Shown in pieces: positions 8,651 to 18,189 of a stretch of DNA of 64,000 nucleotides. This stretch comes from an uncultured Nitrososphaerota archaeon (GTDB taxonomy: Archaea > Thermoproteota > EX4484-205 > JAAOZP01), in contig CAYQCW010000003.1 in assembly GCA_964416155.1 (NCBI GenBank), positions 1 to 64,000 on the forward strand, given 5' to 3'. Every line of letters starts with the position of its first letter. Position 1 is the stretch's first letter. The notes under the pieces are model-generated. The model had not been told where the DNA came from. It did no database searches and saw nothing but the letters and a program-made list of their open reading frames with translations. Position numbers and translations under genes: made by a program.

Positions 8651-8676
8651 GATTGGCCAGGCTACGCGACCTCCGC
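8592..8676 (-). tRNA. tRNA-Leu(TAG)
   Basis: GCGGAGG acceptor stem, anticodon arm CGAGG-CTTAGGA-CCTCG, long variable arm, GGTTCAAATCC T-arm, followed by a T-stretch. Confidence 0.96.
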
Positions 8677-8735
8677 TTAGTAACGCTTCTTCGCGTTTCC
8701 GGATATAAGTGTTTTTCCGCAAGTTTTAATTCCTA

Positions 8736-9791
8736 TTGAATGTTTCTTTAGATGGGATGAGGAGCATATTCTTTAGGAACAGGGTGGTTTACGCGCTTGA
8801 TTCTTCTAAACTGCCTTACAGGGAGAGTTGGCTTAGGCTTACGAGTTCTCGTCAAGTGGTTTCTGCGATAAGGAAAATGCAGATCAGGGGTGCCCCCTTA
8901 ATCGGGGTTGCCGCAGCCTACGGTCTTGCTCTGGAAGCTTTAAGGTACAGGGGGAGTGACGTTGAGAAGCTGAAAAACAGGATATTGAAGGCCTCGGAGG
9001 AGCTTAGGCTTGCTAGGCCTACCGGGAGGAACCTGGGCTGGGCGATAGACAGGTGTCTTCGGGTATTGGGGGAAGCTAGAACGGTGAAGGATTTAAAGAA
9101 GAGGCTTCTCGATGAGGCTGGCAGGATTGCTGACGAGGATGTTGAGACAAACCTCAGGATCGCTAGGAACGGTTTAGAACTGGTCAGGGATGGCGATAGG
9201 ATACTTACACATTGCAACACTGGCGGCCTTGGCACTGTGGAGTATGGTACTGCCCTCGGAATAATAAGGCTCGCATGGGAGAAGGGGAGGAGGATTTCAG
9301 TCTTGGCAACTGAAACCAGGCCTTTGCTCCAGGGTGCGAGGCTCACCGCTTGGGAACTTAAGAAATACGGTGTCCCGTTTAAGCTGATCTGCGACTCCAT
9401 GGCTGGGCACGTTATGTCAAGAGGAATGGTTGACAAGGTTCTCGTGGGCGCTGACAGGGTTCTTGCAACAGGACATGTTGCGAACAAAATTGGAACACTG
9501 ACGTTGGCGGTTCTGGCGAAGCATTACGACGTGCCTTTTTACGTTGTAGCACCCTTGTCAACCTTTGACCTTACGACGAAGCCCGGAGAAATTCCTATTG
9601 AGGAGAGAGATCCTGCAGAGGTCACGCATTTCCTCGGCAGGCTTGTCACCGTGGAGGGAGTTGAGGTTATGACCCCTGCTTTCGACGTTACCCCGCCGGA
9701 GCTTATCTCTGGAATAGTTACTGAGAAAGGAGTGGTCCAGCCGCCGTACGAAACCAGTATTCCTAAAAATTTCTTGGAAAAAAGCGGTTAG
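8736..9791 (+). CDS. mtnA: S-methyl-5-thioribose-1-phosphate isomerase (eIF2B-like)
   Basis: MQIRGAPLIG, ARPTGRNL, ILTHCNTGGL, ETRPLLQGARLTAWEL, ANKIGT. Confidence 0.88.
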   Translation: MNVSLDGMRSIFFRNRVVYALDSSKLPYRESWLRLTSSRQVVSAIRKMQIRGAPLIGVAAAYGLALEALRYRGSDVEKLKNRILKASEELRLARPTGRNLGWAIDRCLRVLGEARTVKDLKKRLLDEAGRIADEDVETNLRIARNGLELVRDGDRILTHCNTGGLGTVEYGTALGIIRLAWEKGRRISVLATETRPLLQGARLTAWELKKYGVPFKLICDSMAGHVMSRGMVDKVLVGADRVLATGHVANKIGTLTLAVLAKHYDVPFYVVAPLSTFDLTTKPGEIPIEERDPAEVTHFLGRLVTVEGVEVMTPAFDVTPPELISGIVTEKGVVQPPYETSIPKNFLEKSG

Positions 9792-9795
9792 CACC

Positions 9796-11355
9796 TTACG
9801 CTTGCTTCTCGAGAAGCTGGAAAAAGGGCTTTAGATGCGGATAGAGGGAAACGTATAGGCGGTACTGTTTATCATAGAGTTTTGAAGCCCAGGGATCAGG
9901 GTTCGACGAATCACCGTATCTAACTGTCTCAGCACAGGCCTGGTTCAAGTCTCTCCACAGGCCACAGGCAGTCCCAGCTAGCAGGCAGGAGCCGAAGGAA
10001 ACATCGTTTAGCTGAGCAGTACTAACAACGGTTTCCAAGAGAACGTTGGCCAGTATTTCTCTCCAGAGCCTGCTCCTCGAGCCTCCTCCTCTAAAAACCA
10101 GTTTCCCAGGCTTCAACCCGAGCCCTGTTAAAACCTCTTTACAATCTCTGAATGCGAACGCCACGCCTTCTAAGACGGCCCTAACCATGTGTGCCTTATC
10201 GTGTGAAAGGCTAAGGCCGAAGAAAACACCTCTTGCGGTAGGATCGTTGTGAGGAGTCCTCTCCCCTATGAGGTATGGTAGGAAAACAAGGCCTTTTGAA
10301 CCCGGGGACGCCTTAGCAGCCTCCAGGGTTAAAACATCGTAAACATCTATTCCACAGGCTTCTGAGAGGCGTTTCTCCTCCCTTCCAAAAATGTCTCTAA
10401 ACCATCTTAGGGATAAGCCTGCTGAAAGCGTTGAGCCTTGGACAACCCACATGTCTGGAGCAGCGTGGCAGAAAGTATTCGTCCGACCCATTCTGTCCAC
10501 CACTGGTTTAACCGTCGGGCTTAGAACTTGGCCTCCGGTACCTATGTTTACCGACCATACACCTTCAGGTATTACGCCGCAACCCAGTGCTCCGACCATT
10601 GAGTCTCCGCCGCCTGTTGCAACAATCGTAGCGGGCCTTAATCCCAGCGCCTCCGCAGCCTGTCTGCTAAGTTCTCCAGCAGCCTCATGCGAGCACCTGA
10701 TCTCTGGAAGCGCATCTAGCCCTATGCCTACGACGGAAGCCATCTCCTGGGACCATTGTCTTCTACGTATGTCGAGAAGCAGAGATCCTGAAGCGTCACT
10801 GAAATCTGTGCAGACAACGTCCGTCAGCCTCATCCTAATATAATCCTTTGGAAACAGCAGTGTTTTCACAGACTCCGCGATCTTCGGCTCATTCTGCCTA
10901 ACCCATAGGAAGCTTACAGCAGCGAAGCCCGTGGCCGCCCTGTTTCCAGATATTTCTATCAACGCCTCTACTCCAAGCTCATTCTCAATCTGCATGCGTT
11001 GACTCCTACTCCTATTGTCAGACCATATTATGGCAGGCCTCAAAACCTCTCTGGAACCGTTTAGAAGAATCATTCCATGCATCTGGCCGGAGACACAGAC
11101 GCTTGAAACAAAGTCACCGCTGAACCCGGTTTTACTGAGAAGCTCTTGAACAGACTCCTTAACGCTCTGCCACCATACAGCTGGATCCTGCTCGCACCAT
11201 CCCGGAATGGGCGACTCAATCGTGTATGACCTGCTGGTGCTTAACAATACCGTGCCCTTGCTGTCAACCAGCATCGCCTTAACGCTTGATGTTCCAAGAT
11301 CCAGTCCAAGCATAAGAGGATGCTCTGCCCGTACCACCATTTTCATTAATGACAC
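9796..11355 (-). CDS. xylB: Xylulokinase (FGGY kinase)
   Basis: LGLDLGTSSVK, SGQMHG, PAIIWSDNR, TDFSDASG, FLPYLIGERTP. Confidence 0.85.
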   Translation of the reverse strand: MSLMKMVVRAEHPLMLGLDLGTSSVKAMLVDSKGTVLLSTSRSYTIESPIPGWCEQDPAVWWQSVKESVQELLSKTGFSGDFVSSVCVSGQMHGMILLNGSREVLRPAIIWSDNRSRSQRMQIENELGVEALIEISGNRAATGFAAVSFLWVRQNEPKIAESVKTLLFPKDYIRMRLTDVVCTDFSDASGSLLLDIRRRQWSQEMASVVGIGLDALPEIRCSHEAAGELSRQAAEALGLRPATIVATGGGDSMVGALGCGVIPEGVWSVNIGTGGQVLSPTVKPVVDRMGRTNTFCHAAPDMWVVQGSTLSAGLSLRWFRDIFGREEKRLSEACGIDVYDVLTLEAAKASPGSKGLVFLPYLIGERTPHNDPTARGVFFGLSLSHDKAHMVRAVLEGVAFAFRDCKEVLTGLGLKPGKLVFRGGGSRSRLWREILANVLLETVVSTAQLNDVSFGSCLLAGTACGLWRDLNQACAETVRYGDSSNPDPWASKLYDKQYRLYVSLYPHLKPFFQLLEKQA

Positions 11356-11522
11356 CTATAATAGTCTTATAAAGCTAGCAATTTGTTGTAGACCAACCGG
11401 TTATTATAAACTCATCAGAAACCATTAGTCAAAAGGTTGACAAAATCGAAGCGGCTAGCAACATCGCCTTAAGGGCTACACGTAAGCCTGATCCTTTAAA
11501 CTGATACGGGAAAAGCGATGAA

Positions 11523-11596
11523 TGGGCCGAGCCGGACTCGAACCGGCAACCTCCTGCGCGTCAGGCAGGTGTCCTAGCCATTTAGACGATCGGCCC
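11523..11596 (-). tRNA. tRNA-Val(GAC)
   Basis: GGGCCGA acceptor stem, anticodon arm CCTGC-CTGACGC-GCAGG, T-arm GCCGG-TTCGAGT-CCGGC. Confidence 0.95.
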
Positions 11597-12261
11597 TATA
11601 TCTTAATCCGGTTATTGACATAGGACTCGTGTTTTAAAGTTTTCTCGTGGGAAGCGTAGATTTTAAGAGATTGTTGATAAATCCGGCACGCGCTAGTTCA
11701 ATCGACTAAATTCCGAAACCGCTATTTTGAGCCTTCCGGTGCATTTGCTTAAATCTTGGAGGCGTTTAAAAAAATTGTTGAGGAGAGGCAGGTGTGGGTT
11801 TAACTGTGAAAGTTGTTCTATTTTAAGAAGCCCTTTATTGGCTGCGTGATTGAGGCCTGTTTGGTGGATAAGTGTATTAAGGGTACCTCTTAGACTGGGA
11901 TAACGCACCCAAGAGTTTATCCGGGCTTAGACTGTATGTCCATTTATACATTGAGAGAGAAGAAGTGTGTCTGCTACTCGCCCTTCTCCACCAAGCTATG
12001 CAAAAATGGGGGGCATAGAGGTTCGAATTCTTAATTCCAAGCATCTTTCTAATCATAGAATTGATGCGAGTTTAGTTTTCAAAAAAGCCTACGTTAGCAG
12101 GCGGGCTTAGAGGGCCGTAAGATAGCAAATTTTCTGGCAAAAGGCTTTCAATTTTAAGTTTCTTTTATTCTACTCATAATCAAAGAGCGTACAGCCATAA
12201 CGCGTGCCCTGCTTGACCTGCTTAACCATAACATTTAATTTATTAACCGGTCTAGCAGCAC

Positions 12262-13299
12262 TTGACCTTGACGATGAGCAAAGAAATAAAGGTTGGGATA
12301 ATAGGAAGCGGAGGAATAGCCAGAGTACATGCAATGGCGTACTTAAAAATAGACTTAGTTAAAATTGTAGCGGTTTCCGATATCGTAAAAGAGCGGGCCG
12401 AATCGTTGTCTAAAGAATTTAATGCAAAGGCCTACACGAGCCATGAAGATATGATAAAAGAAAATGATCTAGATTTAATAAGCGTTTGTACTCCTCCTTT
12501 TACTCATAGAGATATAACTTTGGATATTATTAAGTCAAACATAAATGTTTTCTGCGAAAAGCCCCTAGCATTAAACTCGAAGGAAGCAAAAGAAATGGTT
12601 AACGAAGCCCAAAAAAGAGGCTTATATTTTGGGGTAGACTTTCAAAATAGATTTCTGCCTCAGCATGTTAAGGCAAAAGAACTGTTAAACGATGGTGCAA
12701 TAGGTAAACTTATTCAAGCAAGATTTAGAGTCGGTTATGACATCTTAGAGGCCGTTCCTCCTTCAGCCCCTATGAGAGAGTGGCTGTTTGACAAGGAAAA
12801 ATCCGGAGGTGGGGTGCTAATGGATATAGGCTCGCATTGGATAGATCTTTCAAGAATGTTCGTTGGCGCAGAAGCCAAAAGCGTTTCCGCTGAAATAAGC
12901 AAAAACACAGAAAGCATAGAGGTTGAGGATAATGCGATGATTTTAATTCTGTTTGAGAATTCTGTTCATGCGCTTGTGGATGTTAGCTGGACTCAGCAAA
13001 ATGAACAATGGCCTGTTGAGCTATATGGTGATCAGGGAACCATATTATGCAATCTTGCGGAAAAGAAGATAGTTTTATACACAAGAAATAGAAGATATTC
13101 GAACGATGGTAAAATCAGGATCATTGCTCCTCCGCTGCCGGAGATAGGCGAGCCGCATGAATACTTGATAAGAATGTTTATTAACTCTATTGTTAACAAA
13201 AAACAGCCGCCAGTTTCTGGTTACGACGGCTATAAGGCTCAGGAAATAATAGACGCTGCCTATAGATCAGCAAACGAGAAGGTGAAAGTCATACTTTAA
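12262..13299 (+). CDS. Gfo/Idh/MocA family NAD(P)-dependent oxidoreductase
   Basis: VGIIGSGGIA Rossmann motif, CEKPLA, SGGGVLMDIGSHWID. Confidence 0.9.
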   Translation: MTLTMSKEIKVGIIGSGGIARVHAMAYLKIDLVKIVAVSDIVKERAESLSKEFNAKAYTSHEDMIKENDLDLISVCTPPFTHRDITLDIIKSNINVFCEKPLALNSKEAKEMVNEAQKRGLYFGVDFQNRFLPQHVKAKELLNDGAIGKLIQARFRVGYDILEAVPPSAPMREWLFDKEKSGGGVLMDIGSHWIDLSRMFVGAEAKSVSAEISKNTESIEVEDNAMILILFENSVHALVDVSWTQQNEQWPVELYGDQGTILCNLAEKKIVLYTRNRRYSNDGKIRIIAPPLPEIGEPHEYLIRMFINSIVNKKQPPVSGYDGYKAQEIIDAAYRSANEKVKVIL

Positions 13300-13385
13300 C
13301 ATATTTCTAACTAAAACCTTCCACTTTTTCTGGCATAAGTTCAAACATTTAGACGGTGACAGTATCCGGCACTGCTAGGAAGCCG

Positions 13386-13691
13386 TTACTCGAAAAGTGC
13401 GCCCAGCCCGGCCATTTCTTCGGCCGGTTTCTCTTCTTTCTTCTCCTCCTTTTTCTCGGCCGGCGCCTGCTGGGCTGCTGGCGCAGCCGGTGCCATTGGA
13501 CCTATTGCCAGCGGCGCCGACAATACTTCGTCAATGTTCACTTTTGAAAGCGAGGAGACGAGTACTTTTATCCTGGCTTCATCCGGCTCTAGGCCTGCCG
13601 CCCTCATTATGGCTTTTATCCTGTCTTCTGTAATCTCCTGCTTCGCGGAGTGTAGGAGCAGTGCCGCATGGATGTACTCAGACATCAGCAT
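13386..13691 (-). CDS. rpl12: 50S stalk protein P1 (aL12)
   Basis: [12 protein letters not shown], Ala/Glu hinge, C-terminal AGLGALF. Confidence 0.95.
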   Translation of the reverse strand: MLMSEYIHAALLLHSAKQEITEDRIKAIMRAAGLEPDEARIKVLVSSLSKVNIDEVLSAPLAIGPMAPAAPAAQQAPAEKKEEKKEEKPAEEMAGLGALFE

Positions 13692-13832
13692 CCACCTCAG
13701 AATTTTCTGAGCATTCTTACACGGGGTGTTTTTAAGCTTTTATCCGCTCTTCCAAAGCATCTTTTAAGCCTGCTAAAACCTCTTTAAGCATTAAATTGGT
13801 CGAAGCGTAACCCTAGCCGCGTCATTATAGAC

Positions 13833-14681
13833 TCAGGTTTTTTCAAGCATGGCTTCAAGCCGACTTGCCTCGGCTCTCGCCGTCTGCAGCAGTATTTTAA
13901 CCGTGTTCTCATCGCAGTACTGTGCTTTAAGGCTTAGCGCAATAGCCTTGGAGAAGGCTTCCCTAAGCATTATTCCAAGGTTTTCAGGTGTCGGGAAGAA
14001 TGCTGCAACAGATAGCTTGAACGCTTTTTCAACACTCCTAGCGAGCTCCTTCACAACATCCTCGAAGGTTATTGCGAGAACCTCCTCGCCGTATACTATG
14101 CTGTTGTGAATCGCAGTGTAGGATTTTATGAACGCTTCAACCGGCCTTATGTTAAGCTTCGAGAGAACAGAAGCCAGTTGAGGAGTAACCACGTCCCCAG
14201 GCTTCGCGACAACGGTGTCCCTGGTTATCCATATGCTTCCGGTTTCAATCCTTGTCGGCAGGCCGACCTCGTTCAGAGAAGAGATAACTGGGCCGGCTGG
14301 AAGACCAGTGTTTCCAGCGGGGACAACTATCTCTCTGTCTACAACATCGCCTGCGTTAAGAGGCAGCCTTATTGAATATTTCTTAAGCTCCTGCTGAAGC
14401 CTATAAGGGTCTTCGTTTGAAACTATCAGCATCACTGAGCCTTTTGAAGCATACTTCTTTAAGAATTCCCTTAACACTTGCGAGCCTGTTTTCTCAGCAG
14501 CCTTCTGTAGAAGCGTTGTCTTAACATGTCTCAGAATAGCTCTCCCCCTAAGCCTCTTCCTAGCCTCGTTTATCGTTATGGACTTAACCCTGAGAGTGTT
14601 GACGAGCATCACCGTCCTGCTTGACTCTATCAGGCGGAGAATGTCGCCCACAACCCTTGCTTTAAGAACCTGTTGGCTCAA
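13833..14681 (-). CDS. rpl10: 50S stalk protein uL10/P0
   Basis: PAGNTGLPAGP insert domain; position in the L11-L1-L10-L12 cluster. Confidence 0.92.
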   Translation of the reverse strand: MSQQVLKARVVGDILRLIESSRTVMLVNTLRVKSITINEARKRLRGRAILRHVKTTLLQKAAEKTGSQVLREFLKKYASKGSVMLIVSNEDPYRLQQELKKYSIRLPLNAGDVVDREIVVPAGNTGLPAGPVISSLNEVGLPTRIETGSIWITRDTVVAKPGDVVTPQLASVLSKLNIRPVEAFIKSYTAIHNSIVYGEEVLAITFEDVVKELARSVEKAFKLSVAAFFPTPENLGIMLREAFSKAIALSLKAQYCDENTVKILLQTARAEASRLEAMLEKT

Positions 14682-15364
14682 GCCTTAGCCTCCCTCGATG
14701 CTTTAACAATCCTGCCCATGGTTGTTTTAAACCCTACGTATCTCACCGACCCTGATCTAGAGAGCCTTCTCTCAACCGCCGACAGGACTGCGCCAGCGTT
14801 CTCCAGAAGCTGCTGAACAGGCATTTCCTCATGCCCTATTTTACATGAGACAGCGAGGCTGGATTTAAGCACGAGCCTCACGCTCCTCCTAAGTCTTTCA
14901 ACAATAGGCGTTATTGACGAGGCGGGTGGAACTGGCGTAGGCATCTTGTTCTTAGGCCCGAGGAACTGGCCGAGCACCCTGCCGACCAGCGGCATGAGCG
15001 GCGCCTCAGCGATGAAGAAATCATAGGACTGTGCGATTTTCCTGCAGTTCTTCTTCTTACCAGCCATGCTGCTTAAAGCGTCTCTCGAAAGAACATCCAG
15101 TCCAAGGCTCTTCGCTTCAGTAGTCAAGGAGCCGTCTGTGAAAACGCATATTTTAGGCGGCGGCCTGTGGGGGCTGTGCGGAAGCTCCACGAGTTCCGTG
15201 AACCTTTGATCCGGCTTAGACAGGTCTACCCCGGTTAGGCATACAGCCATTTCAACACTCTGCGGAAACTTCCTAGGTCTACTGTACTCTGGGGAAACCG
15301 CTTTCCTTAAAGCATCCTCCAGCGAACTCTTGCTGACTGAAAGCGGCACCGACATTCTACGCAC
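14678..15364 (-). CDS. rpl1: 50S ribosomal protein uL1
   Basis: RKFPQSVE, LGPKNKMP, KTTMG. Confidence 0.95.
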   Translation of the reverse strand: MRRMSVPLSVSKSSLEDALRKAVSPEYSRPRKFPQSVEMAVCLTGVDLSKPDQRFTELVELPHSPHRPPPKICVFTDGSLTTEAKSLGLDVLSRDALSSMAGKKKNCRKIAQSYDFFIAEAPLMPLVGRVLGQFLGPKNKMPTPVPPASSITPIVERLRRSVRLVLKSSLAVSCKIGHEEMPVQQLLENAGAVLSAVERRLSRSGSVRYVGFKTTMGRIVKASREAKA

Positions 15365-15848
15365 CCTCCCTGCTTAAAGTCTCGTCGTACTCCCCCTTCT
15401 CAAGCATCCTGATAACCTCCTTCGGCGGCTTAGAGTCAACCGTCACACCCATGCTTTGGCAAGTCCCCAAGACCTCCTTAACCACCCCTTTAAGCGTCTT
15501 AGAATAGGTGTCGTTCATCTTCATCCCGGCTATTTTAACAACCGTCTGGAAGCTCAGGTTTCCCTTAGCCTCCTTGCCGGGTGTTCCAGACCCCTTATCT
15601 ATCCCAGCCTCCTTGGCTATCAGAGCCGAGGTTGTGGGGGTTTTAAGGGTGACTGTGAACTGCTTCGTATCAGTATCCACCTCAAGCTCAACAGGGACCT
15701 TCATCCCCTTGAACTCTTTCGTAACCTCGTTTATCTTAGCCACTACTGCCCCAACGTTAATACCTAGGGGGCCTATGGCTGGACCTAGGGGTGGCCCTGG
15801 TGAAGCATTACCGCCCTCCACTATCAGGCTGAGAGTCTTCTTAGCCAG
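15357..15848 (-). CDS. rpl11: 50S ribosomal protein uL11 (probable CTG start)
   Basis: GGNASPGPPLGPAIGPLG; extended to CTG 15848 (xAKKTLSLIVEGG), preceded by SD-like AGGTG. Confidence 0.93.
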   Translation of the reverse strand: MAKKTLSLIVEGGNASPGPPLGPAIGPLGINVGAVVAKINEVTKEFKGMKVPVELEVDTDTKQFTVTLKTPTTSALIAKEAGIDKGSGTPGKEAKGNLSFQTVVKIAGMKMNDTYSKTLKGVVKEVLGTCQSMGVTVDSKPPKEVIRMLEKGEYDETLSREGA

Positions 15849-15929
15849 TTTTACACACCTTTTAGACGTGAGGCTTCCTGCAAGCCTTAAAAAGATTTCC
15901 TAAGTAACCCCGGCCCCTGGGAAATCGGT

Positions 15930-16418
15930 TTAAAGCTTGCCTTGACCCTCTTCAACAACCTTTACGCTGTCCATTTTAAGCGTTATCGGAAACGGTGCCA
16001 CAGCGCCGTCAAGCTCCACCGTAACCTCGTTCCTCTCAGGATTAACCTCAAGGACTCTTGCACGATTCTTCTTAAGCAGGCCCCCGACTATCTCAACAAT
16101 ATCACCTACTTTAATCTCTGTAGCAACGGGTTTCTCCTCGAAATACCTTTTCAGGTCGTTAATGCTGAGGCTGCCCTGAACCCGCCTCTTAACATGCTTA
16201 ATATCTCTTATCGCCTCCTCAACCGGGAATGGTGAGTCGGCCTCAATGTAGATATAGCCCTTTAAACCAGGCAGGACTATTATGGAGTGAATCGGAAGAC
16301 CCTCGGCTTCACACCTGTTCTTGATCACGAGGGCTGAAGAAATCTCTTGGCCTATGGAGGTTCTCACGAGGAAAAACTTTGGCTCAGCAGCCTTATCCCT
16401 ACTCATCCTGTTCCCCAA
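15930..16418 (-). CDS. spt5: Transcription elongation factor Spt5/NusG
   Basis: VRTSIGQE, LKGYIYIEA, KOW domain. Confidence 0.93.
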   Translation of the reverse strand: MGNRMSRDKAAEPKFFLVRTSIGQEISSALVIKNRCEAEGLPIHSIIVLPGLKGYIYIEADSPFPVEEAIRDIKHVKRRVQGSLSINDLKRYFEEKPVATEIKVGDIVEIVGGLLKKNRARVLEVNPERNEVTVELDGAVAPFPITLKMDSVKVVEEGQGKL

Positions 16419-16422
16419 CCTC

Positions 16423-16608
16423 TTATCCGAGCTTCACACCCGTCAGCTGGAGGAGCGAGGCGACAATATGTATTACGAAAGCCATCCCTCCGACTATGAG
16501 GATTCCGATTAGAAAGATCTTCAGCGACAGCTTTAGGTCTGACCCATCAGGCTTCTCGCTGAGCTTCAATACCCTGACCATGGTTCTAACTCTTTCCGTA
16601 AATCCCAT
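16423..16608 (-). CDS. secE: Protein translocase subunit SecE/Sec61gamma
   Basis: RVLKLSEKP plus one TM helix; located between ftsY and spt5. Confidence 0.88.
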   Translation of the reverse strand: MGFTERVRTMVRVLKLSEKPDGSDLKLSLKIFLIGILIVGGMAFVIHIVASLLQLTGVKLG

Positions 16609-16653
16609 GCCGGTTTAAATTAGGAAGCGAGAATATATTCTTTTCCCCGAGGA

Positions 16654-17562
16654 TTAAACGAGTGACAGGAGGCTGTTGACATACTCCTTAGGGTTGAACT
16701 TTTTAAGATCGGAGTATTTCTGCCCGATTCCAACGTATATGACGGGCCTCTCGGATATGAAGGATACTGAGAGTGCAGCCCCTCCCTTAACGTCAGCGTC
16801 GAACTTGGCCAGTATTACCGCGTCGAAGCCGACATGACTGTTGAAGTCGGCAGCCTGGTTCCAAGCATCGTTCCCCGTTAAAGCATCCACGACGAGTATA
16901 GTGTACGATGGTTCTACGACCCTCTTAATCTTCTTAAGCTCATCCATGAGGTTTATGTCGGTATGCATTCTCCCAGCAGTGTCTATAAGAACAGCTTCCA
17001 CTCCTCTTCTAGAGGCTTGGTGAACAGCTTCGAAGCCTACGCTCGCGGGGTCTGAACCATACTCTTTGAAAACCATCGGCAGTCCAAGCGCCTTAGCATG
17101 CTGGCCGAGCTGCTCAATCGCCCCGGCCCTGAAAGTGTCGCTGCAAGCCAGGAGGACGCTTAAACCGCTCTCCTTAAGCATGTGCGCAACCTTGGCGATG
17201 GTCGTGGTTTTCCCAACACCGTTGACGCCTATGAAAAGAAGCTTAAAGGGTTTAGGTGATTTCCGTGCCTCTTCAACAAGGTCAATCTGAGTATCGCCCA
17301 GCGTTTTCAAGAGGAAGAGCGTCAATTCCTGTTCGACGAGTTTCTTCACAGCATCCCTGTTGAAAAGAGGGGTCCTCCGACACTTGAGGGTTTCAGCAAG
17401 CGTCTTCTTCAATTCGTCGACGAGAGGGAGGGCTACGTCGCAGAGGACGAGTTTAAGCCCATAGTCGTCAAGAACCTCTTCAATCTTCTCCCGGCTAAGG
17501 GGCCTTGTTGAAACAGCCTCCACGAGAGATTTGAAAAGCTCGCCTACCTTCATAAGGAGCAC
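16654..17562 (-). CDS. ftsY: SRP receptor FtsY
   Basis: GVNGVGKTTTIAK, DTFRAGA, DTAGR, KFDADVKGG. Confidence 0.95.
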   Translation of the reverse strand: MLLMKVGELFKSLVEAVSTRPLSREKIEEVLDDYGLKLVLCDVALPLVDELKKTLAETLKCRRTPLFNRDAVKKLVEQELTLFLLKTLGDTQIDLVEEARKSPKPFKLLFIGVNGVGKTTTIAKVAHMLKESGLSVLLACSDTFRAGAIEQLGQHAKALGLPMVFKEYGSDPASVGFEAVHQASRRGVEAVLIDTAGRMHTDINLMDELKKIKRVVEPSYTILVVDALTGNDAWNQAADFNSHVGFDAVILAKFDADVKGGAALSVSFISERPVIYVGIGQKYSDLKKFNPKEYVNSLLSLV

Positions 17563-17987
17563 TATTTCTTAAGCTTCCCGTAGAGCAGTTGAATCCTGCT
17601 CCTGCTCTCCTCTATCCTGGCCTGGAGGCTGCTAATCTGCGTCTCTATGGATCCGCGCGCATCGTTCAGCTCGCTCAGTCTTTTCTCAACCGTTTTAAGA
17701 GTCTCCTCCAGGCTTCTCTCAATAAGTATTCCTGAGCCGGTGTTTACGAGAAACCTGTTAGTGTCTTTCAAAACCGCCTTACCGTAGACCCCTCCACCTA
17801 TGTCTAGAAAAAGCTCAACACCCTCACCGGCCTTAGAAATCTCTTCAAGCGCAGACTTGGAAACCTGAAGGTCGTTTATAGTCGCAACCACAAGCTGGTA
17901 CCTCGACCTAAGCTCCTCCATAATGGTTTCGAACGACCTGAGCTCTGTTATGGCTTTCCTAAGCTCTTCTTCGCTCATCGGTTTCAA
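17562..17987 (-). CDS. pfdA: Prefoldin alpha subunit
   Basis: Coiled coil with central IGGGVY...VNTGSG hairpins; conserved context. Confidence 0.9.
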   Translation of the reverse strand: MKPMSEEELRKAITELRSFETIMEELRSRYQLVVATINDLQVSKSALEEISKAGEGVELFLDIGGGVYGKAVLKDTNRFLVNTGSGILIERSLEETLKTVEKRLSELNDARGSIETQISSLQARIEESRSRIQLLYGKLKK

Positions 17988-18165
17988 GCTTAACCTCCTC
18001 TAAGCTAAGTATTTTAATATTCTCCCTTTTAACGCGGTGCCTACTCCCTATCAGGGAATAGGCCTTCTCCAGTGCAATCTTCTCTGAAGAAGCCTCCACG
18101 CTTATGTAGAAAGGAACCTTCCTCAGAGGCTTTCTGAACACGCCTTTCACTTTGAACAGGGGCAT
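17959..18165 (-). CDS. rpl18a: 50S ribosomal protein eL20 (LX/L18a)
   Basis: ALEKAYSLIGSRHRVKRENIKI. Confidence 0.9.
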   Translation of the reverse strand: MPLFKVKGVFRKPLRKVPFYISVEASSEKIALEKAYSLIGSRHRVKRENIKILSLEEVKLETDERRRA

Positions 18166-18189
18166 GCCTGAGCTTGGAGACAGGGGTTA

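Noticed and set aside
11345-11362. TAATGACACCTA resembling the 3' end of a fluoride riboswitch
   Set aside because: The required 5' GATGG pseudoknot stem is absent, and the motif is simply the reverse complement of the xylB start and SD region.
12005-12035. tRNA-like GGTTCGAATTC motif
   Set aside because: No cloverleaf, and no match to the tRNA-Val, tRNA-Leu or tRNA-Tyr 3' ends in the window.
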